Source of the DNA: Oceanispirochaeta sp.
GTDB taxonomy: Bacteria > Spirochaetota > Spirochaetia > DSM-2461
DNA: 64,000 bases
Reading direction: 5' to 3'
Assembly (NCBI GenBank): GCA_963677615.2
Contig: CAXXQW010000006.1
Coordinates: 33,520-97,519 of the forward strand
Every line of letters starts with the position of its first letter. Position 1 is the first letter of the stretch. Below are positions 29,337 to 38,562 of this stretch, one piece after another. The notes under the pieces were generated by a model, which saw only the letters and a program-made list of their open reading frames with translations, was not told the DNA's origin and searched no databases. Position numbers and translations under genes: made by a program.

Positions 29337-30359
29337 TTACTTAGAGAGAATCGCTTCGTAATAGTCTTCCAGACCTTCGATATATTTCAGCACAACAGGT
29401 TTGGCCAGTTCGACATAAGCGGCTTTATCGGAGACTTCGGAAACACTGGCACCGGCAGCTTTGATCTTTTCGATAAGCTCACCGTCAAGCTTTTCAATAG
29501 AAGCGCGGTTCCACTCTTCCGCTTCTTTACCGGCTTCCATGATAATCGCCTGATCTTCAGCATCCAGTTTGTTGAATACCGCTTCGCTCATAAGAACGAT
29601 AGAGGGGCTGTAGGTATGTCCGGAAAGGGTGTAGTTGGGCGCAACTTCAAAGAAGTTATTGGAAAAGTAACCTGAGTAGGGCTGTTCCGCTCCATCTACT
29701 GTTCCAGCCTGAAGTGCAGAATAAAGCTCACCGAAACTGATGGGAGTAGGCTGTACACCCAGAGCCTGGAAAGTCTCAGACATCAGCTGGGTAGTGGGAA
29801 CTCTCAGTTTCAGACCTTTCAGATCTTCCACGCTGCTGATTTCAATTCCGGGTTTGGTAAAAATATGACGGGCTCCTTCGTCCAGGTAAAAAAGTCCAAC
29901 CATTCCGGTGTTGGTTTCCTGAGGTTCTTTCAGGAACTCTGCCCCGATTTCACTGTTCAGAACATTCCAAAGATGTTCTCTGTCCCGGAATATAAAGGGA
30001 AGACCGAAAAGGGTCAGTTTCTGTACGCCAAAATCACCCAGTGAGTTGGTATTTCCGCGGCACATATCGATGGCGCCGCCGCCCATCTGAAGAGACTGAT
30101 ACATGGTTTTTTCATCACCCAGCTGACCGGCAGGGAAAACCTCGATTTTAATGCGGCCGTCAGACTTTTCATAAACAAGCTCAGCAAACTTGGAATCCAC
30201 CTGTTCCATAATATGATCTTTGGGGTTCAGTTCCGCAAATTTAAAGGTGTAGCTCTTTTTTGCTCCGTCAGAAGCACCACTTTCACCCTGGCCATTGGAC
30301 CAGGCCAGTACAGAAACCATCATTAATACAGCAGATAGCAAAACAATTCTTTTTTTCAC
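29337..30359 (-). CDS. dctP: TRAP transporter substrate-binding protein
   Basis: IEVFPAGQLG.E, LPFIFRD, DLKGLKLRVP, PTPISFGELYSALQ.G.VDGAE. GTG start; signal peptide ending WS-NGQGE. Confidence 0.95.
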   Translation of the reverse strand: MKKRIVLLSAVLMMVSVLAWSNGQGESGASDGAKKSYTFKFAELNPKDHIMEQVDSKFAELVYEKSDGRIKIEVFPAGQLGDEKTMYQSLQMGGGAIDMCRGNTNSLGDFGVQKLTLFGLPFIFRDREHLWNVLNSEIGAEFLKEPQETNTGMVGLFYLDEGARHIFTKPGIEISSVEDLKGLKLRVPTTQLMSETFQALGVQPTPISFGELYSALQAGTVDGAEQPYSGYFSNNFFEVAPNYTLSGHTYSPSIVLMSEAVFNKLDAEDQAIIMEAGKEAEEWNRASIEKLDGELIEKIKAAGASVSEVSDKAAYVELAKPVVLKYIEGLEDYYEAILSK

Positions 30360-30524
30360 AAGAATCCTCCATTTAATATGTACGCCATTCGATAAACTAT
30401 TATCAAAAGGCTGTTAAATGGTATGACGGGTTTTCCGAACCCGCTCTATGGAAGATTTTGAAAATTTAGGGAATTGTATTTTCTTTCTATGCGATTGTAC
30501 TTTAAACCTCAGTGATTGTATTAA

Positions 30525-32438
30525 TCAGGCCTTTTTCTGGGAATTTTTCCACTGGGTGGGGGACATTCCCGTCTCTCTTTTAAAAAGCGAACTGAATGAG
30601 TTGGGAGTCTGGTACCCCACATCCAGGGCAATCTCAGTGACAGATTTTTCGGTTGTATTCAGAAGATTCTTGGCCTGATTCATTCTGACAACCGTCAGAT
30701 ATTCCGAATAGGAGTAGCCGCTGCTCTTTTTGAAGATCGATTTGAAATAGGATTCGCTGATGCAGACAGCATCGGCCACATCCTTTACCGAAATGGCTTC
30801 GGCATAGTGTTCGTTGATATACTCTTTCGCCTTGATCACCAGATTTTTGGACCGGTTGGAGTGAGACCGGGATACAATCTGGATAATATCTTCCGTGCGG
30901 GACTTCAGCCACTCCAGCAGCTGCGCCTGGCTCCGGATAATAGCCGATTCGGAGAAAAGTTTTTCACTGAGCTCCAACAGCTCATCCACATCTCCCCCTC
31001 CGGCAATGGCCGACTCCACCATAGTACCCAAAAGCTCATAAGTACGGACTTTTTGGAGTTTGTCGGTTTCACTGCCGTAACTGAACAGGAGGCTCATCAG
31101 TTTCTGAAGCTGATCCTGGGCTTTCACACTATCTCCCATACGGATAGCCGAAAGAAAGGCGTTTTTCTCTTTCAGAGGGTACTCCCGCCGGGGCTCCTCA
31201 TCCTGAAGATCCGTAATATGGACAACCTGCCCGCCCTCTATACGGTTTGCGTATTCAACAGCTGTGACCGCCTCGTGGTAAGACCGTTTCAGATCCTCCA
31301 GCCCCTTATAGGTCCGGCCGATTCCGAAATCATAATTTCGCAGCATTTCTACGGAACTCTTCAGGTTCTCGCAAATCCGGATGGTTTCACTCCTGCACAA
31401 ACCTGTATCTGAGGAAACAGGAAGGCATATACCCAGCATATCCGTTCCCATGGGCATAAGGATATACTGATTCGCCCCGAGGGTTTTATCCAGAAGGCTT
31501 GCAGCATCCCGGAGCAGAAGGTCGTTAAAATCCCTGCTTCCGCTCTCCTTGTCTTTCCCCGAAGAGTTTTGTTTCAGCACAATAAAGGTGTTGATATCTT
31601 CCGGTATATGAAGAAGCTTCAGCATATCAGCAACCTGCTGGTGCATCTGGACATCCAGGGACAGATCCTGAATCAGATCTTCCCGTATATAGGCAACAAC
31701 TTTCTGCATCCTGGTTCTGTTCTCCCTGATCTCCCGGGCAATTCCGTACCCCAGAAAAGAGACGCTCACCAGAGCTCCCACATAATAGATCCACCACTGA
31801 TGTATCAGCGCTCCGCAGAAGAACGTGAGAGCAAAAATCATTTTGCCTGTGTTATAGAGATAAACCTTGTTCAGAAAGCCTTTTCCCCTGGCATGATTTA
31901 GTCTGTACCTCTGAATTTTGGCGATCGAATCCAGAAAGAGGATGGTTGCCAGGACAAGATAGATGGCAATGGTCACCTCTCTGCCATAGTAAGGATCAGA
32001 GCGGCTGGGAGTCACAGAATCGTATACGTTCAAATTCCCGATGGTAAATATGACTTCCGCACCGGTTGTCGTTACCGTATTGAAAATACTGTAGACAATG
32101 CCGATCAGAATGCCTGTAATAATCAGAGGCCAGAAAAGGGAGCGCCTGTTTTTGGCAGGGCGGGAAAAATCAGCCAGGATCACCATGGGAATGGTAATGG
32201 AACTGAAAATAAAGGAACGGATATTATTGATGATCACCGGAGCAGGATGCCCTCCCGAAAGGATCTGAACCGGACGGCCAATGAGAAACAGACCGAAAGA
32301 GATTAGAAAAACCGTAAAGTAACGGATTGAGTTGTCTTTCGACTCTTCAATAAGAACAAAATAGAGAACATAAATTAAAAGTATTATACCCGTCAGAGCC
32401 GGGATAAGTATGTTTCCGAAAATTTCCAGTACTGGCAT
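30525..32438 (-). CDS. membrane-anchored AraC-family transcriptional regulator
   Basis: About 230 aa N-terminal multi-TM region, central degenerate GGDEF/CdaR-like domain (GIG.....LEDL..SY.EA..A), C-terminal AraC double HTH (YFKSIFKK...IALDVGY...SFSSLFKR.TGMSP..W). Confidence 0.88.
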   Translation of the reverse strand: MPVLEIFGNILIPALTGIILLIYVLYFVLIEESKDNSIRYFTVFLISFGLFLIGRPVQILSGGHPAPVIINNIRSFIFSSITIPMVILADFSRPAKNRRSLFWPLIITGILIGIVYSIFNTVTTTGAEVIFTIGNLNVYDSVTPSRSDPYYGREVTIAIYLVLATILFLDSIAKIQRYRLNHARGKGFLNKVYLYNTGKMIFALTFFCGALIHQWWIYYVGALVSVSFLGYGIAREIRENRTRMQKVVAYIREDLIQDLSLDVQMHQQVADMLKLLHIPEDINTFIVLKQNSSGKDKESGSRDFNDLLLRDAASLLDKTLGANQYILMPMGTDMLGICLPVSSDTGLCRSETIRICENLKSSVEMLRNYDFGIGRTYKGLEDLKRSYHEAVTAVEYANRIEGGQVVHITDLQDEEPRREYPLKEKNAFLSAIRMGDSVKAQDQLQKLMSLLFSYGSETDKLQKVRTYELLGTMVESAIAGGGDVDELLELSEKLFSESAIIRSQAQLLEWLKSRTEDIIQIVSRSHSNRSKNLVIKAKEYINEHYAEAISVKDVADAVCISESYFKSIFKKSSGYSYSEYLTVVRMNQAKNLLNTTEKSVTEIALDVGYQTPNSFSSLFKRETGMSPTQWKNSQKKA

Positions 32439-32447
32439 ATGCGCTGT

Positions 32448-32456
32448 AGTATATCA
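32448..32456 (-). promoter_or_regulatory. extended -10 promoter of the AraC gene
   Basis: TG-A-TATACT, 9 nt upstream of the ATG at 32438. Confidence 0.5.
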
Positions 32457-32530
32457 CGGAAAATTTGATTCTGAGTATGCAGATTTCAGGCTGTTTTTTT
32501 CAGGAATTTTCCCAATGACGGTTTTTTTCA

Positions 32531-32580
32531 TTGACAAATCTGGTTAACCAGTTATATTAATCTAACACGATGGTTAACCA
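32531..32580 (+). promoter_or_regulatory. sigma70 promoter with two FadR-type operators
   Basis: TTGACA (32531)-16 nt-TATATT (32553). Perfect palindrome TGGTTAACCA at 32541-32550 (in the spacer) and again at 32571-32580. Confidence 0.75.
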
Positions 32581-32608
32581 ATCTTAAGAAAGTGGCAGGA
32601 GCTTTTCC

Positions 32609-33142
32609 TTGGAGAAAACAGAGACTTTCCGGTTCAAAACAAATATGGATGAAAAAACATTCAGAGATTTTGCTTTTTTTAACAGTTTCCTGTCCCGGGG
32701 CCGATGGAAGAGTCTGGCTCTTTTTCCTGTGGCAATGGCAGGTATGGGCCTTTTGAATTTAAAAACCGGAAGCCCCTTTCTCTTTAAACTTTTCCTTGTA
32801 CTGGCAGCAGCCGGTCCTGTTTTGTACATTCTTTTTTTTAAAATCACCCTGAAGAATCAGATAAAAGCCAATAATCTGAAAGAAGGCCGCCTTGTCTATA
32901 CAGCCCTTTTCAGGGATGGTCTGATCGAAATAGCCAATGACCATGAAAAACAGCCTGTAGAATGGGAGAATATCTACAGGATCTACAGATATAAGGATTA
33001 TTTCTACCTTTATGCCACCCTCACCCATGCGTTTATCCTGCCTGCAAAGGGGTTGATAGAAGGATCTTCGATTGAAAATTTCTGGAAATTTGCAAAACAG
33101 ATGGCACCGGAAGGAAGGAGCAAATCCTATAAAAAAGCTTGA
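32609..33142 (+). CDS. YcxB family membrane protein
   Basis: Two TM helices then a C-terminal YcxB-like domain (VEWENIYRI...DYFYLY.....AFILP). TTG start with SD AGGAG. Confidence 0.7.
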   Translation: MEKTETFRFKTNMDEKTFRDFAFFNSFLSRGRWKSLALFPVAMAGMGLLNLKTGSPFLFKLFLVLAAAGPVLYILFFKITLKNQIKANNLKEGRLVYTALFRDGLIEIANDHEKQPVEWENIYRIYRYKDYFYLYATLTHAFILPAKGLIEGSSIENFWKFAKQMAPEGRSKSYKKA

Positions 33143-33209
33143 TGGAACCGTAAGAAATCCGGTTTTTCAGGTTGATAATCCCCTGGAAAACCTTTTTTTA
33201 CGAACAAAC

Positions 33210-33250
33210 TGGTTAACCAATTACGGCATATTAAAATCTGGTAAACCAGA
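33210..33250 (+). promoter_or_regulatory. two further FadR-type operators upstream of the regulator
   Basis: TGGTTAACCA at 33210-33219 and TCTGGTAAACCAGA at 33237-33250. Confidence 0.7.
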
Positions 33251-33276
33251 TAAAAGACTTAAGGGGGGAATAACAA

Positions 33277-34017
33277 ATGGGAAATGAGACTTCAGCCATA
33301 GTGTCCATAGAGCTATTTGAAAACAGGGAAACAGAACTGGCTCCGGAAGATTACATTCTCACAAGAATCAGGGAACTGGTGGTATCCGGCCAGCTTCATC
33401 CCGGGGCAAAACTCCCTTCCGAAAGGGCTCTGGCGGAAAAGCTGGAAACCACCAGAGGAACAATCCGAAAGGCTCTGCAGAAACTGGACTTCTACGGCCT
33501 GGTGGAGATTTCTCCCCAGAGCGGTACCAGAATCGCCAATCTTCATGCGGGGACAGTGGAACAGCTAATGCAGTCCATCCCGGTCAGTAAAAACCAGAAG
33601 ATGGCGGATCTTATGGAAGCCCGTTTTATCCTGGATGTTCAGTGCGCCAGACTGGCCGCCGAAAGACGGTCCGAGACAGACCTGGAACTTATCGAGAAGA
33701 GACAGGAAGAGTTTCTCTCCCGCTTTTACGGCAAAGAAGACTACCTGGAAGAGGATTACCTTTTTCATCTGGCCATAGCCCATGCAACAGGCAATCATGT
33801 TCTGGTATCCCTTTTCAGCCAGCTGACTCCCAGAATCGTCATGCAGGACCAGCCCCATCTGAAGCAGAAGGATAAGGACTTTTCCCGCATTCCCATGGAA
33901 CATATCCGCATACTCGAAGCCATACGGCAGGGAAATCCCGACGAAGCCGAAGCAGCTATGATCCAGCATCGGGAATGGGCTTTAAAGCGGGTTTTTTCAA
34001 GTAAAGAGAAGGAATAA
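33277..34017 (+). CDS. GntR/FadR-family regulator (UxuR/ExuR-like by context)
   Basis: PGAKLPSERALAE.L..TR.TIR.AL..L wHTH, FCD domain (D..FH.AIA.A.GN..L; EH..I..AI). Confidence 0.92.
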   Translation: MGNETSAIVSIELFENRETELAPEDYILTRIRELVVSGQLHPGAKLPSERALAEKLETTRGTIRKALQKLDFYGLVEISPQSGTRIANLHAGTVEQLMQSIPVSKNQKMADLMEARFILDVQCARLAAERRSETDLELIEKRQEEFLSRFYGKEDYLEEDYLFHLAIAHATGNHVLVSLFSQLTPRIVMQDQPHLKQKDKDFSRIPMEHIRILEAIRQGNPDEAEAAMIQHREWALKRVFSSKEKE

Positions 34018-34057
34018 TCCTTCTAAACATACACAGGAATCAAATCAGGAGTAAAAA

Positions 34058-35539
34058 ATGAGTCAAGTAACAGATAAAGTACTGAATGCATCAGTCGCAG
34101 CGGAAAAAGGCTGTGTAAAACAGAAGAGGCCGGAGAGGATCCTCCAGTTCGGTGAAGGGAACTTCCTCCGCTGCTTTATAGACTGGCAGGTGGATATTCT
34201 GAACGAAAAAAAAGGTCTGAATGCGGGAGTCGTAGTCGTTCGTCCCATAGATACAGACTTCCCCCCCCTGCTGGATACCCAGGACGGGCTTTATACCTCC
34301 ATCATACGGGGTTACGATGAGCAGGGTGAACTGAAAAATGAAAAGCGTCTGATATCCTGTATTACCCGGGAAATCCCCGTTTACAAAGAGTATGACAAGT
34401 TCCTCGCTCTGGCGGAAAATCCGGATCTGCGGTTTATCGTGTCCAACACCACAGAAGCGGGGATTGCCTACAACCCTGAAGACAGATACGATGACCGTCC
34501 ACAGTCTGCCTATCCGGCCAAACTGACCCGGTTTCTCCATGAGAGATTCAAAAAGTTCGGAGGATCCTCCGATTCGGGTTTTATCCTGATTCCCTGCGAG
34601 CTGATTGATTACAACGGAGACGCCCTCAAAGAGATTGTCCTGAAGTATGCAGATCTCTGGAATCTGGAGGAGGAATTTGTCTCCTGGATTGAAAAAGACA
34701 ATACCTTCTGCTCCACCCTGGTGGACCGCATTGTTACCGGATACCCCCGGGATGAAGTGGAAGAACTGACGAAAGAACTGGGATACAAAGACAATTTTAT
34801 TACAACCGGAGAATACTTTCACCTCTTTGTTATTCAGGGACCAGACTTCGTGGGAGAAGAACTTCACCTGAAAGGCAGCGGTCTGAATATCAAGCTGGTG
34901 GAAGACTTAAAGCCCTACAAACAGAGAAAAGTGGGAATCCTGAACGGCTGTCATACAGCCCTGGTTCCCGTTGCCTATCTCTGCGGCATAGAGCTGGTGA
35001 AAGACGCTGTGGAAAATCCAGATCTTGCCGCCTTCATCCAGAAGCTCCTGGACAATGAGATTATCCCCAACCTGGGAATGCCGGTGGATTATCTGAAGGA
35101 CTATGCCGAAACGGTTCTGAACCGGTTCAGAAACCCTTTTATCAACCATCAGCTGCTTTCCATTTCTCTCAACTCCATGACCAAGTTTAAAACAAGACTG
35201 CTACCCCAGTTTATGGAATACTATAAATCCAATTCCTCCGTCCCCCCTCTGATGTCACTCTCCCTGGCAGCTCTCATCTGCTTCTACAGAGGAACCCTGG
35301 ACGGAAAAGAGTATCCCGTCAACGACGACAAACCCTTCCTGGATCTGTATAAGGAACTCTGGCAAAAGGATCCTGAATCCCTTGAAGATGCCATGGACAT
35401 TGCTGGCAGGATTCTCTCGCTAGATGATCACTGGGGTGTTTCTCTCAAAAGCCTGGATGGTCTTCACCAGAAAGTGGGTGAAGATATTCTGAAAATCATC
35501 ACCAATGGTATGACAAAAACACTGGAGGAGTACCTTTGA
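34058..35539 (+). CDS. uxaB: tagaturonate reductase (altronate oxidoreductase)
   Basis: LQFGEGNFLR.F.DW, SNTTEAGI, PCELI..NG..L, TLVDRIVTG, KV.ILNG.HT, RF.NPFI.H.L.SISLNS. Confidence 0.93.
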   Translation: MSQVTDKVLNASVAAEKGCVKQKRPERILQFGEGNFLRCFIDWQVDILNEKKGLNAGVVVVRPIDTDFPPLLDTQDGLYTSIIRGYDEQGELKNEKRLISCITREIPVYKEYDKFLALAENPDLRFIVSNTTEAGIAYNPEDRYDDRPQSAYPAKLTRFLHERFKKFGGSSDSGFILIPCELIDYNGDALKEIVLKYADLWNLEEEFVSWIEKDNTFCSTLVDRIVTGYPRDEVEELTKELGYKDNFITTGEYFHLFVIQGPDFVGEELHLKGSGLNIKLVEDLKPYKQRKVGILNGCHTALVPVAYLCGIELVKDAVENPDLAAFIQKLLDNEIIPNLGMPVDYLKDYAETVLNRFRNPFINHQLLSISLNSMTKFKTRLLPQFMEYYKSNSSVPPLMSLSLAALICFYRGTLDGKEYPVNDDKPFLDLYKELWQKDPESLEDAMDIAGRILSLDDHWGVSLKSLDGLHQKVGEDILKIITNGMTKTLEEYL

Positions 35540-37041
35540 AACCCGAACTGTTTTTTCTGGATGAAAAAGATAATGTGGGAATCACCTTTGCCGATCTTAC
35601 AGCAGGATCATCTGTAACTGCCGGACAAGCGGAAGTTACAGTGGTCAGCGACATTCCCAAGGGACATAAAGTAGCTGTCAGAGAGATAAAGGAGGGAGAA
35701 GCTGTCCTGAAATACGGAGCGGTAATAGGCTATGCCCTCTCGGATATAAAAACGGGAGAACATGTTCATGTTCATAACATTAAGACCGGCCTTTCCGGAC
35801 AGACCGAGTACAAATATGAACCGGAGATAGATGCCTCGGAAGAGACTCCCCTCACATCGGTTCCCCGTTTATACAAAAGGAAGAACGGCAAAGCCGGGAT
35901 CCGGAATGAACTGTGGATTCTCCCCACAGTGGGCTGTGTCAACGGGACGGCCCAGCAGATTCTTCAGCAGTTCCTTATGAAAAAAGGAAAAGACGGTCTG
36001 GCCGGTGTAGACGGGGTGTACTGCTTTACCCACCCCTACGGCTGTTCCCAGCTGGGAGAGGATCATGTGAGGACCCGCAGGGTTCTTCAGAATATGGCCC
36101 TTCATCCCAATGCGGGTGGAGTCCTGATTCTGGGGCTCGGCTGCGAGAACAACCAGATCAAAGCCTTTCAGGAAACCATGCCGGAAGCACCGGATCCCGC
36201 CAGAATCAGATACCTGGAATCCCAGAGTGTGGAAGATGAAATTGAAGCGGGCATTGCCTGCCTGGAAGAACTTCTGGAAGAGGCATCAAAAGACGAAAGG
36301 ACGCCCGGCTCCTGGTCGGATCTTGTGATCGGCCTGGAGTGCGGCGGCTCGGATGCCTTCTCGGGAATTACAGCCAACCCCCTGATCGGAGCCGTATCAG
36401 ACAGGGTGATCAGATCGGGAGGAACAACAGTTCTGACCGAAGTCCCCGAGATGTTCGGAGCTGAAAATGTTCTGATGAAACAGTGTGCTGATGAATCCAT
36501 CTTTGAAATGACCAAAGAGATGATAGAAAGCTATAAAAGATATTACCTTTCCCACAATCAGCCTGTGTATGAAAACCCCTCCCCCGGAAACAAGGCCGGC
36601 GGAATTACCACACTGGAGGATAAATCTCTGGGATGCATCAGGAAGTCCGGAAAGTCCGAAATTGTGGATGTTGTTAAAATGGACGGGATGATCCAAAAGA
36701 CCGGACTCAACCTTCTGTATGCACCGGGGAATGATATTGTAGCCACCACGGCACTGGGTACTGCCGGATGCCAGCTGGTTCTTTTCTCTACCGGAAGGGG
36801 AACGCCTCTGGGTGGATTTATACCCACATTGAAGATAGCCAGCAATACAGCTCTGGCGGAACACAAAAAGAAGTGGATCGACTTTAACGCGGGGATCATT
36901 GCAGACGGAACCTCGGGCATGGCCGAAGCAGCCGGGCTTCTGCTGGAAAAAATCCTCAGAGTTGTGAACGGAGAAGAGACCGCTGCAGAAAAAAGCGGTA
37001 TCAGAGAAATAGCCATTTTCAAAGACGGCGTAACCCTTTAA
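35536..37041 (+). CDS. uxaA: altronate dehydratase
   Basis: N-terminal SAF domain (IPKGHKVA...VHVHN), PTVGCVN, HPYGCSQLG, LECGGSD, NPSPGNKAGG.TTLE.KSLG. Confidence 0.95.
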   Translation: MKPELFFLDEKDNVGITFADLTAGSSVTAGQAEVTVVSDIPKGHKVAVREIKEGEAVLKYGAVIGYALSDIKTGEHVHVHNIKTGLSGQTEYKYEPEIDASEETPLTSVPRLYKRKNGKAGIRNELWILPTVGCVNGTAQQILQQFLMKKGKDGLAGVDGVYCFTHPYGCSQLGEDHVRTRRVLQNMALHPNAGGVLILGLGCENNQIKAFQETMPEAPDPARIRYLESQSVEDEIEAGIACLEELLEEASKDERTPGSWSDLVIGLECGGSDAFSGITANPLIGAVSDRVIRSGGTTVLTEVPEMFGAENVLMKQCADESIFEMTKEMIESYKRYYLSHNQPVYENPSPGNKAGGITTLEDKSLGCIRKSGKSEIVDVVKMDGMIQKTGLNLLYAPGNDIVATTALGTAGCQLVLFSTGRGTPLGGFIPTLKIASNTALAEHKKKWIDFNAGIIADGTSGMAEAAGLLLEKILRVVNGEETAAEKSGIREIAIFKDGVTL

Positions 37042-37062
37042 ACCACAGGAGAACTGAAAGAT

Positions 37063-38457
37063 ATGAAATTTATCCATGATGATTTTTTACTGGAGAATGC
37101 CTTTGCCAGAAGGCTTTACCACGATTATGCGGAACACCAGCCGATTGTTGACTACCATTGTCACCTGAATCCGAAAGAGATAAGGGACAATATCAGCTGG
37201 GAGAATATTACCCAGGTATGGCTCTATGGAGACCACTACAAATGGCGTACCATGAGAAGCAACGGTATCAGCGAAGATTTCTGTACCGGAGATAAATCCG
37301 ACAGGGAAAAGTTTCAGAAATTCGCCGAAACCATGCCCTATCTTCTCAGAAACCCCATGTACCACTGGAGCCACCTGGAGCTGGCCCGCTATTTTGGAGT
37401 GGATGACACCCTCCTCTCAGGTGAAACCGCTGAGGAAATCTGGAACAGAACCGGAGATGTTCTTAAAGGGGGACTTTCAGCCCGGAAACTCATGACCGAC
37501 AGCAAAGTGGTTGTCTCCTGTACAACCGATGACCCTATCGATTCACTGGAACATCACAAAGCTCTGAAAGAGGAAGGATTTGAAGTGAAGATTCTTCCTG
37601 CCTGGCGGCCTGATAAATCCATGGCCGTCGAAAAGGATTTCTGGAACTCCTACATAGACCAGCTGGCTGAAGCGGCAGACAGGACCATCGGATCCTACGG
37701 AGATCTGATTGAAGCCCTGAGAATCCGCCATCAGTACTTTCACGATGCGGGCTGCCGGCTCTCCGACCATGGTCTGGATACGGTGTATGCCTCGGATTTT
37801 ACGGATGCTGAAATAACAGCCATTTTTAATAAGGCCCGCTCCGGAGCCGATGTGACACCGGAAGAGGCAGATACGTTCAAAACAGCCATGATGCTGGAAT
37901 TCGGACGGATGGATGCCGAAAAGGGCTGGACCAAACAGCTCCATATCGGGGCCTTAAGGAGCAACAACTCCCGGCTTTTTGCCAAACTGGGGCCTGATAC
38001 AGGATTTGACTCCATTGACGATCAGAACTATGCCCGTCCCCTTGCTTCGTATATGGACAGGCTCGACAGGGAGAACAGACTCCCTAAAATGATTATTTAC
38101 AATCTGAACCCCAGAGACAACGAAGTGATCGCCACCATGCTGGGAAATTTCCAGGACGGCAGTGTGGCCGGAAAGATTCAGATGGGGTCAGGCTGGTGGT
38201 TCCTGGATCAGAAAGACGGTATGGAGAGGCAGATGGAAGCCCTTTCGCAGCTGGGACTCCTAAGCCGCTTTGTGGGCATGCTCACAGACAGCCGCTCCTT
38301 TCTCTCCTACACCAGACATGAATACTTCAGAAGGGTTCTCTGCAATATCCTGGGAAAGGATATGGAAAAAGGACTGATCCCCATGGATTTCAATCTGGTG
38401 GGATCCATGGTGGAAAACATCTGTTTTAAAAACGCCGACACCTATTTCGGTTTCTGA
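37063..38457 (+). CDS. uxaC: glucuronate/galacturonate isomerase
   Basis: DYHCHL, DHYKWR.MR.NG, NPMYHW.HLEL, WWFLDQ..GM, GMLTDSRSFLSY.RHEYFRR. Confidence 0.97.
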   Translation: MKFIHDDFLLENAFARRLYHDYAEHQPIVDYHCHLNPKEIRDNISWENITQVWLYGDHYKWRTMRSNGISEDFCTGDKSDREKFQKFAETMPYLLRNPMYHWSHLELARYFGVDDTLLSGETAEEIWNRTGDVLKGGLSARKLMTDSKVVVSCTTDDPIDSLEHHKALKEEGFEVKILPAWRPDKSMAVEKDFWNSYIDQLAEAADRTIGSYGDLIEALRIRHQYFHDAGCRLSDHGLDTVYASDFTDAEITAIFNKARSGADVTPEEADTFKTAMMLEFGRMDAEKGWTKQLHIGALRSNNSRLFAKLGPDTGFDSIDDQNYARPLASYMDRLDRENRLPKMIIYNLNPRDNEVIATMLGNFQDGSVAGKIQMGSGWWFLDQKDGMERQMEALSQLGLLSRFVGMLTDSRSFLSYTRHEYFRRVLCNILGKDMEKGLIPMDFNLVGSMVENICFKNADTYFGF

Positions 38458-38480
38458 CAGTGAAAATCTGATGAGTTAAC

Positions 38481-38513
38481 AGGCGGCTTTGTTTTTTCAA
38501 AGCCGTCTTTTTT
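38481..38513 (+). terminator. rho-independent terminator after uxaC
   Basis: AGGCGGCTTTG / CAAAGCCGTCT stem followed by TTTTT. Confidence 0.75.
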
Positions 38514-38562
38514 CTGCTCTGAATGTGCTATGATGGTTTCCATTATGAAAAAAGGAGATACC

